Shown here one piece after another: positions 42,450-51,674 of a stretch of 64,000 bases of DNA. Source of the stretch: Patescibacteria group bacterium (GTDB lineage: Bacteria > Patescibacteriota > Patescibacteriia > Patescibacteriales > UBA12465); assembly GCA_041656935.1 (NCBI GenBank), contig JBBACQ010000004.1:8557-72556 (forward strand), given 5' to 3'. The position numbers and the translations under genes are program-made. Each line of letters opens with the position of its first letter. Position 1 is the first letter of the stretch. The notes below the pieces were generated by a model, which was not told the DNA's origin, made no database searches, and saw only the letters and a list, made by a program, of their open reading frames with translations.

Positions 42450-43094
42450 TTATCTTTTAAAAATTACTAAGCGCATGTCTTCGCTCGGTAAATCTTTTTT
42501 ACTTATTTTTAGTTTTTCTTCTTCATTAACTTCAATACCTAATTCTTTAATAAACTTATCAACTCCTTCAATATCTATTTTCAAATCTTTAGTCTTATAG
42601 TGCATGGGGATAACGATGCGGGGTTCAATTTGTGAAATTACCTCAACTGCTTTTTTGGCATCCAAGGTATATTTTCCACCAACTGGAACAAATAAAATAT
42701 CAACTCCGCCTAATTTTTCTAATTGCTTATTATCTAAGACCTCTCCTAAATCGCCTAAATGAGCTAAGCTTAATCCTTCAATATCAAAGCGAAAAATAAT
42801 ATTAGCTCCCCGATCTTTCCCCTCCTTATCATCATGGTAAGAACGAATTCCTTCGATAATAACTCCTTTAACATCAAACTCCCCCGCACAATCAACTACA
42901 AAAGGTTTCCCTCGAAGTGAGTTTATATTATTGTGATCATCGTGATTGTGACTAACTGAAACGATATCAGCCTCAACATTAGGAACCTTAAGGCCAGTTT
43001 CCTGACCGAAGGGATCAGTAACGATAGAAATATTTTCACCGTTTATTTTTTCCTCAATCTTAAAACAGGAATGACCTAACCAAGTAATATTCAT
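42450..43094 (-). CDS. MBL-fold metallo-hydrolase (Lactamase_B_3 type)
   Basis: WLGHSCF, SHNHDDH, HLGDLG, IPMHY. Confidence 0.9.
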   Translation of the reverse strand: MNITWLGHSCFKIEEKINGENISIVTDPFGQETGLKVPNVEADIVSVSHNHDDHNNINSLRGKPFVVDCAGEFDVKGVIIEGIRSYHDDKEGKDRGANIIFRFDIEGLSLAHLGDLGEVLDNKQLEKLGGVDILFVPVGGKYTLDAKKAVEVISQIEPRIVIPMHYKTKDLKIDIEGVDKFIKELGIEVNEEEKLKISKKDLPSEDMRLVIFKR

Positions 43095-43323
43095 AAAATT
43101 AGATTATTTATTATTCTTAAACATAGAAAAAGCCAATTTCTCAGCTTTTTTACCTTTTTAAATACAGCTTAATTTAGACTATAATTATACATTAATTATA
43201 GCAAAAATTAAAGTTTCGGTCAATGCTAAAATGGTGTTTTTCTAGTTTTAAATATCTTTTTATCTATTAGGGGAAATAAAAAAAGGGTATAGATATACCC
43301 TTTATACTTTTGGAGAGGAATGG

Positions 43324-44511
43324 TTAGCGATATGACCGCCACTCATCCCATTTGAGAAATTTAGATTGGCTTGATTTTTCAACTAAGCCTAGGTCTAAAA
43401 TTTCCGTAGTTCTTTCTCCGTGCCCATAGACGATTGTCATGACGGGCCCTGATTTTAAACGTGCTTTGATCCTCTGGCGAGCTGGAATCACCATCCCAAC
43501 CCACTTGATTCCTGAAAATGCATCAATCTGAACCCTTTCAGAAGACCTTAAGGTGTTTTTTGGTGCTATATACTTTTCCGGTACGAAAATTGTAACATCT
43601 TCGCTACGGGTATTGTATAGGTTGACCAATGTTGTTTTGCCGGCAACCTCGCTTCCCTTAGCAAAAAACAAGGGATTGAAAGTTCCTTCATCGAAAATAA
43701 AGCTTCCATTTCTGACAATCAAGGTAACTGGAATTTCCGGAGAAATCCCCGTTGGAAGTTTCACTCTGGCAATGAAATCATAGGCTCCATTTTTGGGCAT
43801 ACGAGAAGCCAAAACTTTGATTTCATCTTTGCCACCGGGTGCTAGGGCAAACGAAACGCCCAATTCCTCGCTGTAAACAACGCATTCGTAATTAACTTCC
43901 GTACTTACTTTTAAAGTAAGACTTGGTATTCCGAGATCCTCGTCAGTGATAGTTGCCCTGAACAAAGGTCTTTCCCCAGCGAACTGAGAATAATCTTTGT
44001 CCTTTTCGATGACCGGCTCCAGCAAGAAAACCAAATTTCTTTTGATCTTCTTACCATCAAGTTCAAACTCGGCAAAACAGGTCACGTTTTTTGCACGTGA
44101 AGTGTTAATAACGAGATCAAACAAACCAGCCTCGATCATGGCGGTCGTTTTATCGGCTCCTTCGTCCATGTCGTTCATAAAGTTCAACAAGGGCAAAAGA
44201 TCTCCCGTACGAAACGAGAAGTCGAAATCAGCGATGAGTGCATTCGATTGTGGAAAGAATTCCACTTTCGACACAATACTCCCCCAATTACCCGAAAGAT
44301 CCATTTTTTTATACTCGGCCGGTGTGAGTTTCAAATTCTGAGCGAACTCAGATTTGTTCTCAATAATAATCTTGGCCAACATTGGGGCCTTGACCCCGGC
44401 TTTGTAGTCATTAAATGACTTGGCATCTTTGGTTTCCTGGGCAAAGCCAGAAAAAGATACTGCAACAAAAGATACTGCAACAATAACCAAACTAATTAAT
44501 ACTTTCCTCAT
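43324..44511 (-). CDS. Hypothetical secreted protein (orphan)
   Basis: Signal peptide ending GFA^QE, GGAGG Shine-Dalgarno, visibly GC-richer than flanks. Confidence 0.75.
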   Translation of the reverse strand: MRKVLISLVIVAVSFVAVSFSGFAQETKDAKSFNDYKAGVKAPMLAKIIIENKSEFAQNLKLTPAEYKKMDLSGNWGSIVSKVEFFPQSNALIADFDFSFRTGDLLPLLNFMNDMDEGADKTTAMIEAGLFDLVINTSRAKNVTCFAEFELDGKKIKRNLVFLLEPVIEKDKDYSQFAGERPLFRATITDEDLGIPSLTLKVSTEVNYECVVYSEELGVSFALAPGGKDEIKVLASRMPKNGAYDFIARVKLPTGISPEIPVTLIVRNGSFIFDEGTFNPLFFAKGSEVAGKTTLVNLYNTRSEDVTIFVPEKYIAPKNTLRSSERVQIDAFSGIKWVGMVIPARQRIKARLKSGPVMTIVYGHGERTTEILDLGLVEKSSQSKFLKWDEWRSYR

Positions 44512-44548
44512 GATTTGTTTCCTCCATTTAAATTTAATTTTTAATAAT

Positions 44549-44672
44549 TTTAATTGTTAAGCTAAACAACATCTAAATATTAGCTAACTTAACAATTAAA
44601 ATATTAATAATGCATGTAAAAGTACTTTTTGTTTTAATGTAGAATTATAGCATATATATTTTTTTTTGTCAA
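44549..44672 (-). promoter_or_regulatory. Orphan-cassette leader: TTGACA-N17-TATAAT, boxA-like motif, hairpin (copy 1)
   Basis: -35 at 44667-44672, -10 at 44644-44649, GTACTTTTACAT at 44614-44625, hairpin 44549-44601. Confidence 0.75.
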
Positions 44673-44834
44673 GGCTTTTCCCAAATAACCAAATTACTGC
44701 TGTTTTAAGGGCTAAAATAGGGCTAAAGAGAACAAATCTAATAAAAACTTAAAATATAAAATAATGAATAAACTATTTTAAAAAATAATAATTTTAAAAC
44801 AATTACTCTGAAAACATCCTCCCATTAACCAGAC

Positions 44835-44863
44835 AAATAAAAAAAGCAGAAGTTATTCTGCTT
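44835..44863 (-). terminator. Intrinsic terminator identical to 45682-45710
   Basis: AAGCAGAA-TAAC-TTCTGCTT-TTTTTATTT on the minus strand. Confidence 0.8.
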
Positions 44864-44883
44864 TTAGACTGTTTGGGCGGAGA

Positions 44884-45402
44884 CTAAAAGTCTCCCAACA
44901 TGTCCTCGAACATTGTCTCGAGGTCATCAAAGGAAAAACTACTACTTCCACCTTTTTTCTTGGTCTTCGACTTTGGCTTATCCGAAGAAGCGATTGCTCC
45001 TTCAGTTTTTTTGGCCTCAGCTTCAGCCGTTTTTTTCTTTTGTTGGTTTAATTGCCAATATAAATTGGCAACTCTCTTTTTCTCGGCTTCTCCAGCCTTA
45101 ATCAGAGAGTCCTGAATTCTTTTGCTTTCAATATCGGCCCTTTGAAGATCGCCAATGTCGTTTTTAAGACCATTGATAACTCCATCTGTTTCAATAAACT
45201 TATCGACATGAGCGTCCAAACGATCTGAGTTCAGGTTTATTTTCTTATTTAATAACGAGTCATTCCGATACAAAGCTGTATCAGCCTTATCAAGACGATA
45301 AACCTCTTGCTTGACATTTTTCTTGCCACTTGAAAATCCTATTATCACTACCAGCAAAAAAACAACGGACACTACGGCCCCAATAATCAGATTTTTGTTC
45401 AT
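44884..45402 (-). CDS. Hypothetical membrane-anchored coiled-coil protein (orphan)
   Basis: N-terminal TM ending IIGFS, coiled coil, Lys/Ser tail. Confidence 0.72.
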   Translation of the reverse strand: MNKNLIIGAVVSVVFLLVVIIGFSSGKKNVKQEVYRLDKADTALYRNDSLLNKKINLNSDRLDAHVDKFIETDGVINGLKNDIGDLQRADIESKRIQDSLIKAGEAEKKRVANLYWQLNQQKKKTAEAEAKKTEGAIASSDKPKSKTKKKGGSSSFSFDDLETMFEDMLGDF

Positions 45403-45410
45403 CTTATTTT

Positions 45411-45556
45411 AATTTTAAAGGTTATAAAAATTTAATTGTTAAACTAAACAATATCTAAAATATTAGCTAGTTTAACAATTAAAAATTTTAACCACCTTGG
45501 TAAAGATCTAAATAATTTTAATAGGTAATTTTAACATATAAAAAAATATTTGTCAA
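45411..45556 (-). promoter_or_regulatory. Orphan-cassette leader: TTGACA-N17-TAAAAT, boxA-like motif, hairpin (copy 2), TAACCTTTAAAA
   Basis: -35 at 45551-45556, -10 at 45528-45533, GATCTTTACCAA at 45497-45508, hairpin 45431-45484. Confidence 0.75.
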
Positions 45557-45681
45557 TAGTGCATAAATACCAATAAAAACAAGCTTTTTTATCTATTCCT
45601 CAAATTAATAGAAAATTTGTTTTTTGAAAAAAGATTAATCGAAAAGAGCAAAGCGAAGTCGTTTTTAGCCTAAAAAGAGAA

Positions 45682-45710
45682 AAATAAAAAAAGCAGAAGT
45701 TATTCTGCTT
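45682..45710 (-). terminator. Intrinsic terminator identical to 44835-44863
   Basis: 29/29 identity by eye. Confidence 0.8.
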
Positions 45711-45731
45711 ATAATTTGTCAAAAAAGAACT

Positions 45732-46283
45732 TTATCTGTCTTTTTTATAAAAGCGTTTCGGCCACCAGGGCGAAGCAGTTGGTGCTTTTTTCACGGGCAG
45801 ATTTTTAGAATTAGAATCTTCAACAGAAACCTCTTCAAAAAACCTTTCTGATACATCAGGCACAATTGGTTTTTCAATAACCTCTTTTTGATTATTTTTC
45901 CCAAGCTCTTTTTCCAAAGCCAAAATTTTTCGGTTCATTTTGCGATAAAGAGAAGCCTGCTCCTTCTCTATTTTTTCCAGCTTCTCCAGTACGACACTAA
46001 ATATCGTATCATGCTGATTCTTAGAAAAATTTAATTCCTCTACTTCTTTTTTAAAGGAATTTATTTTTTCCTCTAAATCGAAGTGGGAACCCCCGACTTC
46101 ATTTCTTAACTCAAACCTGAAATCTTGATTTTCTTTTTCGACCTCAGCTTTAACTCCTCCAATTTGAGAGCTTACGCTACCTGTCAACTTTGAAAAACCA
46201 ATTATTATGGCGATAGTTATCACCAAAATTCCACCAACAATTACCAGCACCAACGTTTTCCCCTTTTTTTCTCCTTCCGACAT
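45732..46283 (-). CDS. Hypothetical membrane-anchored coiled-coil protein, probable distant paralog of 44884-45402
   Basis: TM ending IIGFS, ASLYRKMN versus ANLYWQLN, AGGAGG Shine-Dalgarno. Confidence 0.7.
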   Translation of the reverse strand: MSEGEKKGKTLVLVIVGGILVITIAIIIGFSKLTGSVSSQIGGVKAEVEKENQDFRFELRNEVGGSHFDLEEKINSFKKEVEELNFSKNQHDTIFSVVLEKLEKIEKEQASLYRKMNRKILALEKELGKNNQKEVIEKPIVPDVSERFFEEVSVEDSNSKNLPVKKAPTASPWWPKRFYKKDR

Positions 46284-46371
46284 AATTCCTCCTATTTAAA
46301 ATTGTTAAAAAAACTAATAATAATGATTTTAGACATTAATACATTTTAAAAAATAAGTCAATAGCTACCCC

Positions 46372-46512
46372 TTGACACAATTAATTAAATATGCTATAAT
46401 TAAGAATCGTAATAATCGTACCTTTAAAAAGATTAAAATTTAACGAGAAGATTAAAAAGTTCTTTTTTTAATTTTTTAGTTAAATTTTAATTAACCTATA
46501 AAAAATCAAGAA
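46372..46512 (+). promoter_or_regulatory. Orphan-cassette leader: TTGACA-N17-TATAAT, boxA-like motif, ~29-bp hairpin, TAACCTATAAAA
   Basis: -35 at 46372, -10 at 46395, GTACCTTTAAAA at 46418, stem 46431-46492. Confidence 0.75.
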
Positions 46513-47058
46513 ATGGAAACATACGAACTGAAACAGTTGATAAGAAAAGACGGAGAGGTAATCGGAGCAGAATTCCAAAACGGACAGAAGTTAATGATCT
46601 CCCAGTGGGACCATAGCACCCTGGCCGAATTCGAAAACGTAAGTTTTCGTACTCCGGTAAAAGAGGGTAAATTTTTACAATTCGTGAATTCTCCCTTAAC
46701 CCTGAAGCCTGACGGCAATATTTGTCAGATACCTTCATATTGGAGGTACGGAGTGAAAATTGGTGGTCAAATCATTACCAGAACATTTCGCTTCTCTTGT
46801 GACGAAGGAAGTAAAAAAATAAATCAACTTCCCTTCGGCACAGATGTTGTCGGAAGGGCCAAAATTTGCCTTTCCACCAACAAAAAAACTGGAGAAAAGC
46901 GAGTGATAGTGGATTATTTCATCTACAGCGACCAAAAAGTGGTTGCCCAAAATGAAGTAAAAATCGGAGGAAAAACCAAGCCCTCCACCATCTGGACCGC
47001 ACCCATCCCCAAAACCGAAAGCAACATCGTTGTAAATAAGGTTGAACCCAAAAAATAG
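46513..47058 (+). CDS. Hypothetical protein (orphan)
   Basis: 181-aa ORF with its own promoter and terminator (AAAGCCTGTA-CAAAA-TACAGGCTTT near 47078-47110). Confidence 0.7.
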   Translation: METYELKQLIRKDGEVIGAEFQNGQKLMISQWDHSTLAEFENVSFRTPVKEGKFLQFVNSPLTLKPDGNICQIPSYWRYGVKIGGQIITRTFRFSCDEGSKKINQLPFGTDVVGRAKICLSTNKKTGEKRVIVDYFIYSDQKVVAQNEVKIGGKTKPSTIWTAPIPKTESNIVVNKVEPKK

Positions 47059-47185
47059 ATCTCGGGTCTCAACCAAAAAAGCCTGTACAAAATACAGGCT
47101 TCTTTTTTTATCTAAATTAGAGATATATTATAAACTTTATTTCGAAAACTATTCTCAGCTTCAAATCTTTTTTTCTCCTCTGCCT

Positions 47186-48568
47186 CTAAATTCGCTCTTT
47201 TAAACGATTAACCAATTCATCAATTTTAATCCTCTCCTGTTTCATAGTATCACGATCACGCCAAGTAACATCATTATTTTCCAAAGAATCAAAATCAATT
47301 GTTAAACAAAAAGGTGTTCCAATTTCATCTTGACGCCGATATCGTTTACCAATATTACCATTATCATCAAACTCACACCGCCAGTCCTTTTTTAAAATAT
47401 CAAAAACTTCCTTAGCTTTAGCTACTAGCTCCGGCTTGTTTTTCAATAATGGAAAAACGGCTACTTTTATCGGAGCTAACTTCGGCGCTAATTTTAAAAC
47501 TACTCGACTATCATCACCCTCTAATTTTTCCTCATTATAGCTATCACATAATAAGGCTAAAAAAGTTCGCCCGACTCCAGCCGAAGTCTCAATAATATGC
47601 GGGATATATTTTTTATTCTTAACCGGGTCTAAATAACTTAGGTCTTGGCCCGAACCCTTACTGTGTTGGCTTAAATCATAATCACCCCGATCATGAATCC
47701 CCTCTAATTCTTTGAAACCAAAGGGAAAATTATATTCAATATCATAAGCTTCTTGGGCATAAAAAACTAGATTTTCGTGTTGGTGCCATTTTAAATTTTC
47801 TTTTTTAATACCTAAACCGAGATAAAAATCAAACCGCCGTTCTCGCCATAAATCATAATATTTTTTAGCCTCTTCGGGAAGAACAAAATATTGCATTTCC
47901 ATTTGTTCAAATTCACGAGTACGAAAGATAAATTGTCGAGCCGTAATTTCATTACGAAAGGCCTTGCCAATTTGAGCAATACCAAAAGGAATTTTAACCC
48001 GAGTGGAATCTAAAACATTTTTATAATTAACATAAATTCCCTGACAAGTTTCACCCCGAAGATAAGTTGGTTCCTTAGTAAAATCACCAGTAAAATTTCC
48101 TAAATTAGATTTTACTAATAAATTAAAATTCTTTCCGGCGGTAAAATCTCCAGCTCCACAATTAGGGCATTTAATTTTAGCTTTATTGTCTGAAAAAATT
48201 TTATTAATTTCTTCTTCGGTCATCTTTTCATCCGCCACAATCCCCTGATCTTCTAACAAACTGTCTAAACGCAAACGACTATGACATTTTTTACATTCAG
48301 TTAAGGGATCAGAAAAACCCTTAACATGCCCGGAGGCCTGCCAAATTTTAGGACTCATAAAAATAGCACTATCTAAACCGACAATATCATCTTGAAGTTG
48401 AGTCATTTCTTTCCACCAAGCATTTTTTATATTATTAGCTAATTCTACACCATAAGGACCAAAATCATAAACAGCCGAAAAACCATCATAAATTTCCGAG
48501 GATGGAAAAACAAACCCCCGTCGTTTACAAAGGGACACAATTTTTTCTAGTTGATCTTCTTTTTTCAT
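47186..48568 (-). CDS. glyQS: Glycine-tRNA ligase, alpha2 type
   Basis: LCKRRGF, YLRGETCQG, GKAFRNEI, FRTREFEQME, IGKRYRRQDEIGTP. Confidence 0.96.
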   Translation of the reverse strand: MKKEDQLEKIVSLCKRRGFVFPSSEIYDGFSAVYDFGPYGVELANNIKNAWWKEMTQLQDDIVGLDSAIFMSPKIWQASGHVKGFSDPLTECKKCHSRLRLDSLLEDQGIVADEKMTEEEINKIFSDNKAKIKCPNCGAGDFTAGKNFNLLVKSNLGNFTGDFTKEPTYLRGETCQGIYVNYKNVLDSTRVKIPFGIAQIGKAFRNEITARQFIFRTREFEQMEMQYFVLPEEAKKYYDLWRERRFDFYLGLGIKKENLKWHQHENLVFYAQEAYDIEYNFPFGFKELEGIHDRGDYDLSQHSKGSGQDLSYLDPVKNKKYIPHIIETSAGVGRTFLALLCDSYNEEKLEGDDSRVVLKLAPKLAPIKVAVFPLLKNKPELVAKAKEVFDILKKDWRCEFDDNGNIGKRYRRQDEIGTPFCLTIDFDSLENNDVTWRDRDTMKQERIKIDELVNRLKERI

Positions 48569-48577
48569 TTTTTTAGA

Positions 48578-50245
48578 TTAAATTTCATCTAAGGGATCAA
48601 TCCCTAAGAGGCTTAAAGCATTTTGGGCTACTAAGGCAACAGCGTAAACAAAACCCAACCGAGCTTTTTTGGTCTTTTCTTCTGCTTGAATAATTTTTAC
48701 TTTTTGATAATATTCATTAAAAGTTTTAAACAACTGAAATAAATATTTAGCAATTTCACTGGGATCATAATCTTTTTGAGATTTTATTATTATCTCTGGA
48801 TATTTAGCTAATTTAGAAACTAATTCTTTCTCCATTTTATCATTTAAAAACTTATAGTCAAGTTGAGATTGGGGCCGGAAAGAGGCTTTTCTTAAAATAC
48901 TTTTAATTCTAGCTAAACCATATAATATATATAAAGCACTGAAACCATCAAATTTAGTAGCTTCCTTAATATCAAAAGTTATTATTTTATTACTAGATAT
49001 TTTTAAGGTTTCAAATTTCAGAATAGCAATGGCTAATTTATCGCTATTTTTCTCAATTTTTTTCTCTTTCCAATCAGGGTGTCTTTTTCGGGTTTCAATG
49101 ATTAACTCCTGCCAAACTTTATTATATAATTTTTCGAAAGGAACAGCGTTTCCAGAACGAGAAGACATCATCCCCTCAGGTAAGGTTACAAAATCATAAG
49201 ACAAATGAAAAAAATTTTGTTTATACCCAGCTAAGGATAAAACTTTAAATAATTGTTGGAAATAAAGCTTTTGTCTAACATCAACGATAATATAAGAGTT
49301 TTTCAAATTTTTAAAATCTTTAGATTTTTTTTCAATTAAAGCTAAATCGGCTACAGGATAAAGAGCCGTTCCGTCGCTTCTAATAATAGGTAAAATCCCT
49401 AAATTATATTTTTCTAAATCAGCTATAATGGCTCCCTCACTTTTTTTAAAAATTCCTTTTTTTATAAAAGTATTAACCATTTTAAAACCTCTCTTAATAA
49501 CTTCACTTTCAAAATAAGTTTTCTTGAAATTAACTCCCAATTTTTTATAAATACTATTAAACTCTTCTAAACTAATTTTTCTAGTTTTCTTCCATAATCT
49601 ATAATTTTCTCCTCGTCTTTTTTCAATATCAGTCATAATGGAGGTAACCTCTCTAACAATTAAAGGATCATCCTTGGTTTTTTTAACAGTATTGGCATAA
49701 CATTTATTAAGGTTTTCACTATACTTTTTTTTATAGCTCCAAATAGCTTTGGCGGTATGAATACCAAAATCGTTGATATAAGAAACTGGAGAGGCCTTAA
49801 AACCATTAACTAAGGCTATTTTATAGATAGAATCACCAAAACAAATATTTCTTAAGTGCCCAATATGAAAATCTTTATGGGTATTAACATTACTGTACTC
49901 AAAAATATTAACATTCCCTCCGCCGGATTTATTATGGCCATACTTTTTTTTATTTTTTAAAATATCTTCTAAAATGGATTTGAATAAATATTCTTTTTTA
50001 ATAAAAAAATTTAAGTAGCCACCTAAATATGTCGAAGATTCAATTACTCTTTCTAATTTTTTATTATTAAAAATTTTTTCCTTATAATCTTCCCCAACTT
50101 TTTCGGGAGAGAGTTTCATCTCTTGGGCTTTCTTAAAAACAGGCAAAGAAAAATCCCCCCAATCAGATTTAGGTGGATAAATTAATTCTTGAGGATTAAC
50201 ATTTAATTCGAAAGCGGTTAGCTCTTTTATTTTGTCTAAAAACAT
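48578..50245 (-). CDS. argS: Arginine-tRNA ligase
   Basis: EYSNVN.HK.FHIGHLRN, RSDGT.LY..DLA, MSSRSG, Y.LY..ARI.SIL. Confidence 0.93.
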   Translation of the reverse strand: MFLDKIKELTAFELNVNPQELIYPPKSDWGDFSLPVFKKAQEMKLSPEKVGEDYKEKIFNNKKLERVIESSTYLGGYLNFFIKKEYLFKSILEDILKNKKKYGHNKSGGGNVNIFEYSNVNTHKDFHIGHLRNICFGDSIYKIALVNGFKASPVSYINDFGIHTAKAIWSYKKKYSENLNKCYANTVKKTKDDPLIVREVTSIMTDIEKRRGENYRLWKKTRKISLEEFNSIYKKLGVNFKKTYFESEVIKRGFKMVNTFIKKGIFKKSEGAIIADLEKYNLGILPIIRSDGTALYPVADLALIEKKSKDFKNLKNSYIIVDVRQKLYFQQLFKVLSLAGYKQNFFHLSYDFVTLPEGMMSSRSGNAVPFEKLYNKVWQELIIETRKRHPDWKEKKIEKNSDKLAIAILKFETLKISSNKIITFDIKEATKFDGFSALYILYGLARIKSILRKASFRPQSQLDYKFLNDKMEKELVSKLAKYPEIIIKSQKDYDPSEIAKYLFQLFKTFNEYYQKVKIIQAEEKTKKARLGFVYAVALVAQNALSLLGIDPLDEI

Positions 50246-50250
50246 AGAGA

Positions 50251-51468
50251 TTATTTAGCCTTTAATTTAATAAATTGTCGTTTGCCTCGCTGGATTATCA
50301 AATCATCTTTAATTTCTATTTCTAAATTTACATCTTTGACTACTTCCTCATTTATCTTTATACCTCCCTGTTCAATTAAACGACGAGCCTCACCCTTACT
50401 AACGGCCAATTTAATATCTACTAATAGATCAACTATTTTTTTAACTCCTTTTGCTAGTGAAACCTCTAATATTTCTTCGGGGGTTTCCTTTTTTTGAAAA
50501 GTACTAATAAAATAATTTTGTGCCTCGTCGGCTAATTTAGTACCATGAAATATTTTAACGATTTCATAAGCTAATTTCATTTTTAAATCTCGGGGATTGG
50601 TTTTATCTTCCTCTAAACTTTTCTTCATCTCTTTTACTTCCATAAAATCAACTTGAGTGCAAAGTTCAAAAGCATTAATAATAACCCCATCCGGCCAAGA
50701 CATTATTTTACCAAACATCTCAGTATTTTTCTCATTCAAAAACACAGCATTACCTTCGCTTTTGCCCATTTTATTACCATCATCGTCTTCCAATAACTTT
50801 AAAGTCATAACAAATTTCTCTTTGTTATTTATAATTTTTTGCAAATCCCGCCCACACATCATATTAAACATCTGATCGTTTCCTCCAATTTCTAAATCAA
50901 CTCCCATGGTCACACTATCGTAACCCTGAGTTAAGGGGTAAAGAAACTCATGTAGATAAATAGGTTTTTCATTTTTTAATCTTTCTTGGAACATATCTCT
51001 CTGAAGCATTTGCTGGACTGTGAAATGAGAAGATAATTCAATCAACTCTTTAAAGGTAAGTTTATCATTCCATTTACTATTGTATAAAACTTTGGCTGAA
51101 TTTTTCCCAGAAAATTTTAAAAAATGAGAAGCTTGCTTTTTATAATCTTTAGAATTAGTTCGGACTTCCTTTCTAGTCAATTTTTTTCTAACCGCCTGTT
51201 TATCAGTCGGGTCACCAATCATTCCAGTAAAATCACCTATTAAAAATAAAACCTGATGCCCCAATTTCTGAAATTGACCCATTTTATTAATAGAGATAGC
51301 ATTCCCAATGTGTAAAGACGAAGCGCTGGGATCATAACCACAATATAATTTCAGGGGCTGTCCGGTCATTAATCTCTTTTTTAAAGCTTCTTTACTAGGA
51401 TAAATTTTCTCTACTCCTCGCTCTAATAATTCGTCAATAATTTGACCTTCAGTAATAACTTTGCTCAT
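50251..51468 (-). CDS. tyrS: Tyrosine-tRNA ligase
   Basis: YCGYDPS..LHIGN, GGNDQ, KMGKS, C-terminal S4 domain. Confidence 0.96.
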   Translation of the reverse strand: MSKVITEGQIIDELLERGVEKIYPSKEALKKRLMTGQPLKLYCGYDPSASSLHIGNAISINKMGQFQKLGHQVLFLIGDFTGMIGDPTDKQAVRKKLTRKEVRTNSKDYKKQASHFLKFSGKNSAKVLYNSKWNDKLTFKELIELSSHFTVQQMLQRDMFQERLKNEKPIYLHEFLYPLTQGYDSVTMGVDLEIGGNDQMFNMMCGRDLQKIINNKEKFVMTLKLLEDDDGNKMGKSEGNAVFLNEKNTEMFGKIMSWPDGVIINAFELCTQVDFMEVKEMKKSLEEDKTNPRDLKMKLAYEIVKIFHGTKLADEAQNYFISTFQKKETPEEILEVSLAKGVKKIVDLLVDIKLAVSKGEARRLIEQGGIKINEEVVKDVNLEIEIKDDLIIQRGKRQFIKLKAK

Positions 51469-51674
51469 ATTTTTAAAATTAGTATTTTAATTTAGGTCTC
51501 CTAAACAACTGTAAATATTGTATATTATTTATCTTTTTTTGGCAAACAAAAAAAGTCCTAGTTCTTTTACATTTTTAAAAAATATGTTATAATTTAACTA
51601 GCCATGAAAATAATTAAAATAATAAAAATGTTAATTAATTATCTTAAAAATTAAAAATTTTAAGATTTAAAACT

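Noticed and set aside
43324-47058. Prophage or integrative element
   Set aside because: No integrase, structural or replication genes and no att repeats seen; each gene has its own promoter and terminator.
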